64,000 nucleotides of DNA, from positions 361,770,001 to 361,834,000 of the forward strand of contig OZ024741.1 in the NCBI GenBank assembly GCA_964016885.1. The letters run 5' to 3'. This document shows, one piece after another, positions 30,301 to 43,475 of the stretch. Under the pieces are notes generated by a model. It saw nothing but the letters and a program-made list of their open reading frames with translations. It made no database searches and was not told the DNA's origin. Numbering within the stretch: the stretch's first letter is position 1; each line of letters starts with the position of its first letter. The DNA is from Eledone cirrhosa (taxonomy: Eukaryota). The translations under genes and the position numbers were made by a program.

Positions 30301-33300
30301 CATGTGTTTATGATGTTTCTCATACCTAGATACCTAAAGCATGTGTTTATGATGTCTCTCTTCCCTAGATACCAGAAGCATGTGTTTATGATGTCTCTCT
30401 TCCCTAGATACCACGAGCATGTGTTTATGATGTCTCTCTTCCCTAGATACCAAAAGCATGTGTTTATGATATCTTTCTTCCCTAGATACCAGAAGCATGT
30501 GTTTATGATGTTTCTCATCGCTAGATACCACAAGCATGTGTTTATGATGTCCCTCTTCCCTAGATACCTAAAGCATGTGTTTATGATGTCTCTCTTCCAT
30601 TGATACATGGAGCATGTGTTTATGATGTCTCTCTTCCCTTGATACACGGTGCATGTGTTTATGATGTCTCTCTTCCCTAGATACCCAAAGCATGTGTTTA
30701 TGATGTCTCTCTTCCCTAGATACCAGAAGCACGTATTTATGATGTCTCTCTTCCCTAGATACGAGAAGCATGTGTTTATGATGTCTCTCTTCCCTACATA
30801 CCAGAAGCATGTGTTTATGATGTCTCTCTTCGCTAGATACCAGAAGCATGTGTTTATAATGTTTCTCATCCCTAGATACCTAAAGCATGTGTTTATGATG
30901 TCTCTCTTCCCTAGATACCAGAAGCATATGTTTATGATGTCTCTCTTCCCTAGATACCAGAACCATGTGTTTATAACGTCTCTCTTTCCTAGATACCAGA
31001 AGCATGTGTTTAGGATGTCTCTCTTCCCTAGATATCACAAGCATGTGTTTATGATGTTTCTCATCCCTAGATACCTAAATAATGTGTTTATGATGTCTCT
31101 CTTCCCTAGATACCAGAAGCATGTGTTTATGATGTTTCTCATCGCTAGATACCTAAAGCATGTGTTTATGATGTCTCTCTTCCCTTGATACATTGTGCAT
31201 GTGTTTATGATGTCTCTCTTCCCTAGATACCCAAAGCATGTGTTTATGGTGTCTCTCCTCCCTAGATACCAGAAGCACGTACTTATGATGTCTCTCTTCC
31301 CTAGATACCAGAAGCATGTGTTTATGATGTCTCTCTTCCCTACATACCAGAAGCATGTGTTTATGATGTCTCACTTCGCTAGATACCAGAAGCATGTGTT
31401 TATGATGTCTCTCTTTCCTAGATACCAGAAGCATGTGTTTATGATATCTCTCTTCCCTAGATATCACAAGCATGTGTTTATGATGTTTCTCATCGCTAGA
31501 TACCTAAAGCATGTGTTTATGATGTCTCTCTTCCCTAGATACCAGAAGCATGTGTTTATGATGTCTCCCTTCCCTAGATACCAGAAGCATGTGTTTATGA
31601 TGTCTCCCTTCCCTAGATACCAGAAGCATATCTTTATGATGTCTCTCTTCCCTAGATACCAGAAGCATGTGTTTATGATGTCTCTCTTCCCTAGATACCA
31701 GAAGCATGTGTTTATGATGTTTCTCAACCCTAGATACCTAAAGCATGTGTTTATGATGTCTCTCTTCCCTAGATACCAGAAGCATATGTTTATGATGTCT
31801 CTCTTCCCTAGATACCAGAAGCATGTGTTTATGACGTCTCTCTTTCCTAGATACCAGAAGCATGTGTTTATGATGTCTCTCTTCCCTAGACATCACAAGC
31901 ATGTGTTTATGATATTTCTCATCCCTAGATACCACAAGCATGTGTTTATGATGTCCCTCTTCCCTAGATACCTAAAGCATGTCTTTATGATGTTTCTCTT
32001 CCCTAGACACCTAAAGCATGTGTTTATGATGTCTCTCTTCCATTGATACATGGAGCATGTGTTTATGATGTCTCTCTTCCCTTGATACATGGAGAATGTG
32101 TTTATGATGTCTCTCTTCCCTAGATACCTAAAGCATGTGTTTATGATGTCTCTCTTCCCTAGATACCAGAAGCACGTATTTATGATGTCTCTCTTCCCTA
32201 GATACCAGAAGCATGTGTTTATGATGTCTCTCTTCCCTACATACCAGAAGCATGTGTTTATGATGTCTCTCTTCCCTAGATACCAGAAGCATGTGTTTAT
32301 GATGTTTCTCATCCCTAGATACCTAAAGCATGTGTTTATGATATCTCTCTTCCCTAGATACCAGAAGCATATGTTTATGATGTCTCTCTTCCCTAGATAC
32401 CAGAACCATGTGTTTATAACGTCTCTCTTTCCTAGATACCAGAAGCATGTGTTTATGATGTCTCTCTTCCCTAGATATCACAAGCATGTGTTTATGATGT
32501 TTCTCATCCCTAGATACCTAAAGAATGTGTTTATGATGTCTCTCTTCCCTAGATACCAGAAGCATGTGTTTATGATGTTTCTCAACCCTAGATACCTAAA
32601 GCATGTGTTTATGATGTCTCTCTTCCCTAGATACCAGAAGCATGTGTTTATGATGTCTCCCTTCCCTAGATACCAGAAGCATGTGTTTATGATGTCTCTC
32701 TTCCCTAGATACCAGAAGCATATGTTTATGATGTCTCTCTTCCCTAGATACCAGAAGCATGTGTTTATGATGTCTCTCTTTCCTAGATACCAGAAGCATG
32801 TGTTTATGATATCTCTCTTCCCTAGATATCACAAGCATGTGTTTATGATGTTTATCATCCCTGGATACCTAAAGCATGTCTTTATGATGTCTCTCTTCCC
32901 TAGATACCAAAAGCATGTGTTTATGATATCTCTCTTCCCTAGATACCAGAAGCATGTGTTTATGATGTTTCTCATCCCTTGATACCACAAGCATGTGTTT
33001 ATGATGTCCCTCTTCCCTAGATACCTAAAGCATGTCTTTATGATGTTTCTCTTCCCTAGACACCTAAAGCATGTGTTTATGATGTCTCTCTTCCATTGAT
33101 ACATGGAGCATGTGTTTATGATGTCTCTCTTCCCTAGATACCTAAAGCATGTGTTTATGATGTCTCTCTTCCCTAGATACCAGAAGCACGTATTTATGAT
33201 GTCTCTCTTCCCTAGATACCAGAAGCATTTGTTTATGATGTCTCTCTTCCCTACATACCAGAAGCATGTGTTTATGATGTCTCTCTTCCCTAGATACCAG

Positions 33301-34967
33301 AAGCATGTGTTTATGATGTTTCTCATCCCTAGATACCTAAAGCATGTGTTTATGATGTCTCTCTTCCCTAGATACCAGAAGCATATGTTTATGATGTCTC
33401 TTTTCCCTAGATACCAGAAGCATGTGTTTATGACGTCTCTCTTTCCTAGATACCAGAAGCATGTGTTTATGATGTCTCTCTTCCCTAGACATCACAAGCA
33501 TGTGTTTATGATGTTTCTCATCCCTAGATACCTAAAGAATGTGTTTATGATGTCTCTCTTCCCTAGATACCAGAAGCATGTGTTTATGATGTTTCTTATC
33601 GCTAGATACCTAAAGCATGTGTTTATGATGTCTCTCTTCCTTAGATACCAGAAGCATGTGTTTATGATGTCTCCCTCCCCTAGATACCAGAAGCATGTGT
33701 TTATGATGTCTCTCTTCCCTAGATACCAGAAGCATATGTTTATGATGTCTCTCTTCCCTAGATATCACAAGCATGTGTTTAGATGTTTCTCATCCCTAGA
33801 TACCTAAAGAATGTGTTTATGATGTCTCTCTTCCCTAGATACCTGAAGCATGTGTTTATGATGTCTCTCTTCCCTAGATACCAGAAGCATATGTTTATGA
33901 TGTCTCTCTTCCCTAGATACCAGAAGCATGTGTTTATGATGTCTCTCTTTCCTAGATACCAGAAGCATGTGTTTATGATATCTCTCTTCCCTAGATATCA
34001 CAAGTATGTGTTTATGATGTTTATCATCCCTGGATACCTAAAGCATGTCTTTATGATGTCTCTCTTCCCTAGATACCAGAAGCATGTGTTTATGATGTTT
34101 CTCATACCTAGATACCTAAAGCATGTGTTTATGATGTCTCTCTTCCCTAGATACCAGAAGCATGTGTTTATGATGTCTCTCTTCCCTAGATACCACGAGC
34201 ATGTGTTTATGATGTCTCTCTTCCCTAGATACCAAAAGCATGTGTTTATGATATCTTTCTTCCCTAGATACCAGAAGCATGTGTTTATGATGTTTCTCAT
34301 CGCTAGATACCACAAGCATGTGTTTATGATGTCCCTCTTCCCTAGATACCTAAAGCATGTGTTTATGATGTCTCTCTTCCATTGATACATGGAGCATGTG
34401 TTTATGATGTCTCTCTTCCCTTGATACACGGTGCATGTGTTTATGATGTCTCTCTTCCCTAGATACCCAAAGCATGTGTTTATGATGTCTCTCTTCCCTA
34501 GATACCAGAAGCACGTATTTATGATGTCTCTCTTCCCTAGATACGAGAAGCATGTGTTTATGATGTCTCTCTTCCCTACATACCAGAAGCATGTGTTTAT
34601 GATGTCTCTCTTCGCTAGATACCAGAAGCATGTGTTTATAATGTTTCTCATCCCTAGATACCTAAAGCATGTGTTTATGATGTCTCTCTTCCCTAGATAC
34701 CAGAAGCATATGTTTATGATGTCTCTCTTCCCTAGATACCAGAACCATGTGTTTATAACGTCTCTCTTTCCTAGATACCAGAAGCATGTGTTTAGGATGT
34801 CTCTCTTCCCTAGATATCACAAGCATGTGTTTATGATGTTTCTCATCCCTAGATACCTAAATAATGTGTTTATGATGTCTCTCTTCCCTAGATACCAGAA
34901 GCATGTGTTTATGATGTTTCTCATCGCTAGATACCTAAAGCATGTGTTTATGATGTCTCTCTTCCCT
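27375..34967. repeat. Higher-order tandem duplication, period 3782 bp (97 monomers - 1 bp)
   Basis: ORFs 27413/31195, 28307/32089, 29321/33103 and 30001/33783 are offset by 3782 with identical translations. A 1-bp deletion (TTTAGATG) is shared at ~29999 and ~33781. Confidence 0.9.
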
Positions 34968-36299
34968 AGATACCAGAAGCATGTGTTTATGATGTCTCCC
35001 TTCCCTAGATACCAGAAGCATGTGTTTATGATGTCTCTCTTCCCTAGATACCAGAAGCATATGTTTATGATGTCTCTCTTCCCTAGATACCAGAAGCATC
35101 TGTTTATGATGTCTCTCTTCCCTAGATACCAGAAGCATGTGTTTATGATGTTTCTCATCCCTAGATACCTAAAGCATGTGTTTATGATGTCTCTCTTCCC
35201 TAGATACCAGAAGCATATGTTTATGATGTCTCTCTTCCCTAGATACCACAAGCATGTGTTTATGATGTCCCTCTTCCCTAGATACCTAAAGCATGTCTTT
35301 ATGATGTTTCTCTTCCCTAGACACCTAAAGCATGTGTTTATGATGTCTCTCTTCGATTGATACATGGAGCATGTGTTTATGATGTCTCTCTTCCCTTGAT
35401 ACATTGTGCATGTGTTTATGATGTCTCTCTTCCCTAGACACCCAAACCATGTGTTTATGATGTCTCTCTTCCCTAGATACCAGAAGCACGTATTTATGAT
35501 GTCTCTCTTCCCTAGATACCAGAAGCATGTGTTTATGACGTCTCTCTTTCCTAGATACCAGAAGCATGTGTTTATGATGTCTCTCTTCCCTAGACATCAC
35601 AAGCATGTGTTTATGATGTTTCTCATCCCTAGATACCACAAGCATGTGTTTATGATGTCCCTCTTCCCTAGATACCTAAAGCATGTCTTTATGATGTTTC
35701 TCTTCCCTAGACACCTAAAGCATGTGTTTATGATGTCTCTCTTCCATTGATACATGGAGCATGTGTTTATGATGTCTCTCTTCCCTTGATACATGGAGAA
35801 TGTGTTTATGATGTCTCTCTTCCCTAGATACCTAAAGCATGTGTTTATGATGTCTCTCTTCCCTAGATACCAGAAGCACGTATTTATGATGTCTCTCTTC
35901 CCTAGATACCAGAAGCATGTGTTTATGATGTCTCTCTTCCCTACATACCAGAAGCATGTGTTTATGATGTCTCTCTTCCCTAGATACCAGAAGCATGTGT
36001 TTATGATGTTTCTCATCCCTAGATACCTAAAGCATGTGTTTATGATGTCTCTCTTCTCTAGATACCAGAAGCATATGTTTATGATGTCTCTCTTCCCTAG
36101 ATACCAGAAGCATGTGTTTATGACGTCTCTCTTTCCTAGATACCAGAAGCATGTGTTTATGATGTCTCTCTTCCCTAGATATCACAAGCATGTGTTTATG
36201 ATGTTTCTCATCCCTAGATACCTAAAGAATGTGTTTATGATGTTTCTCTTCCCTAGATACCAGAAGCATGTGTTTATGATGTTTCTCAACCCTAGATAC

Positions 36300-39200
36300 C
36301 TAAAGCATGTGTTTATGATGTCTCTCTTCCCTAGATACCAGAAGCATGTGTTTATGATGTCTCCCTTCCCTAGATACCAGAAGCATGTATTTATGATGTC
36401 TCTCTTCCCTAGATACCAGAAGCATATGTTTATGATGTCTCTCTTCCCTAGATACCAGAAGCATGTGTTTATGATGTCTCTCTTTCCTAAATACCAGAAG
36501 CATGTGTTTATGATATCTCTCTTCCCTAGATATCACAAGCATGTGTTTATGATGTTTATCATCCCTGGATACCTAAAGCATGTCTTTATGATGTCTCTCT
36601 TCCCTAGATACCAAATGCATGTGTTTATGATATCTCTCTTCCCTAGATACCAGAAGCATGTGTTTATGATGTTTCTCATCCCTTGATACCACAAGCATGT
36701 GTTTATGATGTCCCTCTTCCCTAGATACCTAAAGCATGTCTTTATGATGTTTCTCTTCCCTAGACACCTAAAGCATGTGTTTATGATGTCTCTCTTCCAT
36801 TGATACATGGAGCATGTGTTTATGATGTCTCTCTTCCCTTGATACATGGAGCATGTGTTTATGATGTCTCTCTTCCCTAGATACCTAAAGCATGTGTTTA
36901 TGATGTCTCTCTTCCCTAGATACCAGAAGCACGTATTTATGATGTCTCTCTTCCCTAGATACCAGAAGCATTTGTTTATGATGTCTCTCTTCCCTACATA
37001 CCAGAAGCATGTGTTTATGATGTCTCTCTTCCCTAGATACCAGAAGCATGTGTTTATGATGTTTCTCATCCCTAGATACCTAAAGCATGTGTTTATGATG
37101 TCTCTCTTCCCTAGATACCAGAAGCATATGTTTATGATGTCTCTTTTCCCTAGATACCAGAAGCATGTGTTTATGACGTCTCTCTTTCCTAGATACCAGA
37201 AGCATGTGTTTATGATGTCTCTCTTCCCTAGACATCACAAGCATGTGTTTATGATGTTTCTCATCCCTAGATACCAGAAGCATGTGTTTATGATGTCTCT
37301 CTTCCCTAGATACCAGAAGCATGTGTTTATGATGTTTCTCTTCCCTAGATACCAGAAGCATATGTTTATGATGTCTCTCTTCCCTACATACCCAAAGCAT
37401 GTGTTTATGATGTCTCTCTTCCCTAGATACCAGAAGCACGTATTTATGATGTCTCTCTTCCCTAGATACCAGAAGCATGTGTTTATGATGTCTCTCTTCC
37501 CTACATACCAGAAGCATGTGTTTATGATGTCTCTCTTCGCTAGATACCAGAAGCATGTGTTTATGATGTTTCTCATCCCTAGATACCTAAAGCATGTGTT
37601 TATGATGTCTCTCTTCCCTAGATACCAGAAGCATATGTTTATGATGTCTCTCTTCCCTAGATACCAGAACCATGTGTTTATAACGTCTCTCTTTCCTAGA
37701 TACCAGAAGCATGTGTTTATGATGTCTCTCTTCCCTAGATATCACAAGCATGTGTTTATGATGTTTCTCATCGCTAGATACCTAAAGCATGTGTTTATGA
37801 TGTCTCTCTTCCCTAGATACCAGAAGCATGTGTTTATGATGTCTCCCTTCCCTAGATACCAGAAGCATGTCTTTATGATGTCTCTCTTCCCTAGATACCA
37901 GAAGCATATGTTTATGATGTCTCTCTTCCCTAGATACCAGAAGCATGTGTTTATGATGTCTCTCTTCCCTAGATACCAGAAGCATGTGTTTATGATGTTT
38001 CTCATCCCTAGATACCTAAAGCATGTGTTTATGATGTCTCTCTTCCCTAGATACCAGAAGCATATGTTTATGATGTCTCTCTTCCCTAGATACCACAAGC
38101 ATGTGTTTATGATGTCCCTCTTCCCTAGATACCTAAAGCCTGTCTTTATGATGTTTCTCTTCCCTAGACACCTAAAGCATGTGTTTATGATGTCTCTATT
38201 CGATTGATACATGGAGCATGTGTTTATGATGTCTCTCTTCCCTTGATACATTGTGCATGTGTTTATGATGTCTCTCTTCCCTAGACACCCAAAGCATGTG
38301 TTTATGATGTCTCTCTTCCATAGATACCAGAAGCACGTATTTATGATGTCTCTCTTCCCTAGATACCAGAAGCATGTGTTTATGATGTCTCTCTTCCCTA
38401 CATACCAGAAGCATGTGTTTATGATGTCTCTCTTCGCTAGATACCAGAAGCATGTGTTTATGATGTTTCTCATCCCTAGATACCTAAAGCATGTGTTTAT
38501 GATGTCTCTCTTCCCTAGATACCAGAAGCATATGTTTATGATGTCTCTCTTCCCTAGATACCAGAACCATGTGTTTATAACGTCTCTCTTTCCTAGATAC
38601 CAGAAGCATGTGTTTATGATGCCTCTCTTCCCTAGATATCACAAGCATGTGTTTATGATGTTTCTCATCCCTAGATACCTAAAGAATGTGTTTATGATGT
38701 CTCTCTTCCCTAGATACCAGAAGCATGTGTTTATGATGTCTCTCTTCCATTGATACATGGAGCATGTGTTTATGATGTCTCTCTTCCCTTGATACATGGT
38801 GCATGTGTTTATGATGTCTCTCTTCCCTAGATACCCAAAGCATGTGTTTATGGTGTCTCTCTTCCCTAGATACCAGAAGCACGTACTTATGATGTCTCTC
38901 TTCCCTAGATACCAGAAGCATGTGTTTATGATGTCTCTCTTCCCTACATACCAGAAGCATGTGTTTATGATGTCTCTCTTCGCTAGATACCAGAAGCATG
39001 TGTTTATGATGTCTCTCTTTCCTAGATAACAGAAGCATGTGTTTATGATATCTCTCTTCCCTAGATATCACAAGCATGTGTTTATGATGTTTCTCATCGC
39101 TAGATACCTAAAGCATGTGTTTATGACGTCTCTCTTCCCTAGATACCAGAAGCATGTGTTTATGATGTCTCCCTTCCCTAGATACCAGAAGCATGTGTTT

Positions 39201-42200
39201 ATGATGTCTCCCTTCCCTAGATACCAGAAGCATATGTTTATGATGTCTCTCTTCCCTAGATACCAGAAGCATGTGTTTATGATGTCTCTCTTCCCTAGAT
39301 ACCAGAAGCATGTGTTTATGATGTTTCTCAACCCTAGATACCTAAAGCATGTGTTTATGATGTCTCTCTTCCCTAGATACCAGAAGCATATGTTTATGAT
39401 GTCTCTCTTCCCTAGATACCAGAAGCATGTGTTTATGACGTCTCTCTTTCCTAGATACCAGAAGCATGTGTTTATGATGTCTCTCTTCCCTAGACATCAC
39501 AGGCATGTGTTTATGATGTTTCTCATCCCTAGATACCACAAGCATGTGTTTATGATGTCCCTCTTCCCTAGATACCTAAAGCATGTCTTTATGATGTTTC
39601 TCTTCCCTAGACACCTAAAGCATGTGTTTATGATGTCTCTCTTCCATTGATACATGGAGCATGTGTTTATGATGTCTCTCTTCCCTTGATACATGGAGAA
39701 TGTGTTTATGATGTCTCTCTTCCCTAGATACCTAAAGCATGTGTTTATGATGTCTCTCTTCCCTAGATACCAGAAGCACGTATTTATGATGTCTCTCTTC
39801 CCTAGATACCAGAAGCATGTGTTTATGATGTCTCTCTTCCCTACATACCAGAAGCATGTGTTTATGATGTCTCTCTTCCCTAGATACCTAAAGCATGTGT
39901 TTATGATGTCTCTCTTCCCTAGATACCAGAAGCATGTGTTTATGATGTCTCCCTTCCCTAGATACCAGAAGCATGTATTTATGATGTCTCTCTTCCCTAG
40001 ATACCAGAAGCATATGTTTATGATGTCTCTCTTCCCTAGATACCAGAAGCATGTGTTTATGATGTCTCTCTTTCCTAAATACCAGAAGCATGTGTTTATG
40101 ATATCTCTCTTCCCTAGATATCACAAGCATGTGTTTATGATGTTTATCATCCCTGGATACCTAAAGCATGTCTTTATGATGTCTCTCTTCCCTAGATACC
40201 AAATGCATGTGTTTATGATATCTCTCTTCCCTAGATACCAGAAGCATGTGTTTATGATGTTTCTCATCCCTTGATACCACAAGCATGTGTTTATGATGTC
40301 CCTCTTCCCTAGATACCTAAAGCATGTCTTTATGATGTTTCTCTTCCCTAGACACCTAAAGCATGTGTTTATGATGTCTCTCTTCCATTGATACATGGAG
40401 CATGTGTTTATGATGTCTCTCTTCCCTTGATACATGGAGCATGTGTTTATGATGTCTCTCTTCCCTAGATACCTAAAGCATGTGTTTATGATGTCTCTCT
40501 TCCCTAGATACCAGAAGCACGTATTTATGATGTCTCTCTTCCCTAGATACCAGAAGCATTTGTTTATGATGTCTCTCTTCCCTACATACCAGAAGCATGT
40601 GTTTATGATGTCTCTCTTCCCTAGATACCAGAAGCATGTGTTTATGATGTTTCTCATCCCTAGATACCTAAAGCATGTGTTTATGATGTCTCTCTTCCCT
40701 AGATACCAGAAGCATATGTTTATGATGTCTCTTTTCCCTAGATACCAGAAGCATGTGTTTATGACGTCTCTCTTTCCTAGATACCAGAAGCATGTGTTTA
40801 TGATGTCTCTCTTCCCTAGACATCACAAGCATGTGTTTATGATGTTTCTCATCCCTAGATACCAGAAGCATGTGTTTATGATGTCTCTCTTCCCTAGATA
40901 CCAGAAGCATGTGTTTATGATGTTTCTCTTCCCTAGATACCAGAAGCATATGTTTATGATGTCTCTCTTCCCTACATACCCAAAGCATGTGTTTATGATG
41001 TCTCTCTTCCCTAGATACCAGAAGCACGTATTTATGATGTCTCTCTTCCCTAGATACCAGAAGCATGTGTTTATGATGTCTCTCTTCCCTACATACCAGA
41101 AGCATGTGTTTATGATGTCTCTCTTCGCTAGATACCAGAAGCATGTGTTTATGATGTTTCTCATCCCTAGATACCTAAAGCATGTGTTTATGATGTCTCT
41201 CTTCCCTAGATACCAGAAGCATATGTTTATGATGTCTCTCTTCCCTAGATACCAGAACCATGTGTTTATAACGTCTCTCTTTCCTAGATACCAGAAGCAT
41301 GTGTTTATGATGTCTCTCTTCCCTAGATATCACAAGCATGTGTTTATGATGTTTCTCATCGCTAGATACCTAAAGCATGTGTTTATGATGTCTCTCTTCC
41401 CTAGATACCAGAAGCATGTGTTTATGATGTCTCCCTTCCCTAGATACCAGAAGCATGTCTTTATGATGTCTCTCTTCCCTAGATACCAGAAGCATATGTT
41501 TATGATGTCTCTCTTCCCTAGATACCAGAAGCATGTGTTTATGATGTCTCTCTTCCCTAGATACCAGAAGCATGTGTTTATGATGTTTCTCATCCCTAGA
41601 TACCTAAAGCATGTGTTTATGATGTCTCTCTTCCCTAGATACCAGAAGCATATGTTTATGATGTCTCTCTTCCCTAGATACCACAAGCATGTGTTTATGA
41701 TGTCCCTCTTCCCTAGATACCTAAAGCCTGTCTTTATGATGTTTCTCTTCCCTAGACACCTAAAGCATGTGTTTATGATGTCTCTATTCGATTGATACAT
41801 GGAGCATGTGTTTATGATGTCTCTCTTCCCTTGATACATTGTGCATGTGTTTATGATGTCTCTCTTCCCTAGACACCCAAAGCATGTGTTTATGATGTCT
41901 CTCTTCCATAGATACCAGAAGCACGTATTTATGATGTCTCTCTTCCCTAGATACCAGAAGCATGTGTTTATGATGTCTCTCTTCCCTACATACCAGAAGC
42001 ATGTGTTTATGATGTCTCTCTTCGCTAGATACCAGAAGCATGTGTTTATGATGTTTCTCATCCCTAGATACCTAAAGCATGTGTTTATGATGTCTCTCTT
42101 CCCTAGATACCAGAAGCATATGTTTATGATGTCTCTCTTCCCTAGATACCAGAACCATGTGTTTATAACGTCTCTCTTTCCTAGATACCAGAAGCATGTG

Positions 42201-43475
42201 TTTATGATGCCTCTCTTCCCTAGATATCACAAGCATGTGTTTATGATGTTTCTCATCCCTAGATACCTAAAGAATGTGTTTATGATGTCTCTCTTCCCTA
42301 GATACCAGAAGCATGTGTTTATGATGTCTCTCTTCCATTGATACATGGAGCATGTGTTTATGATGTCTCTCTTCCCTTGATACATGGTGCATGTGTTTAT
42401 GATGTCTCTCTTCCCTAGATACCCAAAGCATGTGTTTATGGTGTCTCTCTTCCCTAGATACCAGAAGCACGTACTTATGATGTCTCTCTTCCCTAGATAC
42501 CAGAAGCATGTGTTTATGATGTCTCTCTTCCCTACATACCAGAAGCATGTGTTTATGATGTCTCTCTTCGCTAGATACCAGAAGCATGTGTTTATGATGT
42601 CTCTCTTTCCTAGATAACAGAAGCATGTGTTTATGATATCTCTCTTCCCTAGATATCACAAGCATGTGTTTATGATGTTTCTCATCGCTAGATACCTAAA
42701 GCATGTGTTTATGACGTCTCTCTTCCCTAGATACCAGAAGCATGTGTTTATGATGTCTCCCTTCCCTAGATACCAGAAGCATGTGTTTATGATGTCTCCC
42801 TTCCCTAGATACCAGAAGCATATGTTTATGATGTCTCTCTTCCCTAGATACCAGAAGCATGTGTTTATGATGTCTCTCTTCCCTAGATACCAGAAGCATG
42901 TGTTTATGATGTTTCTCAACCCTAGATACCTAAAGCATGTGTTTATGATGTCTCTCTTCCCTAGATACCAGAAGCATATGTTTATGATGTCTCTCTTCCC
43001 TAGATACCAGAAGCATGTGTTTATGACGTCTCTCTTTCCTAGATACCAGAAGCATGTGTTTATGATGTCTCTCTTCCCTAGACATCACAGGCATGTGTTT
43101 ATGATGTTTCTCATCCCTAGATACCACAAGCATGTGTTTATGATGTCCCTCTTCCCTAGATACCTAAAGCATGTCTTTATGATGTTTCTCTTCCCTAGAC
43201 ACCTAAAGCATGTGTTTATGATGTCTCTCTTCCATTGATACATGGAGCATGTGTTTATGATGTCTCTCTTCCCTTGATACATGGAGAATGTGTTTATGAT
43301 GTCTCTCTTCCCTAGATACCTAAAGCATGTGTTTATGATGTCTCTCTTCCCTAGATACCAGAAGCACGTATTTATGATGTCTCTCTTCCCTAGATACCAG
43401 AAGCATGTGTTTATGATGTCTCTCTTCCCTACATACCAGAAGCATGTGTTTATGATGTCTCTCTTCCCTAGATAC
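36300..43475. repeat. Higher-order tandem duplication, period 3588 bp (92 monomers)
   Basis: ORFs 36846/40434, 38253/41841 and 39039/42627 are offset by 3588 with identical translations. Private variants are shared (GCCTGTC ~38139/41727, GATGCCTC ~38621/42209, ATAACAG ~39028/42616). Confidence 0.9.
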
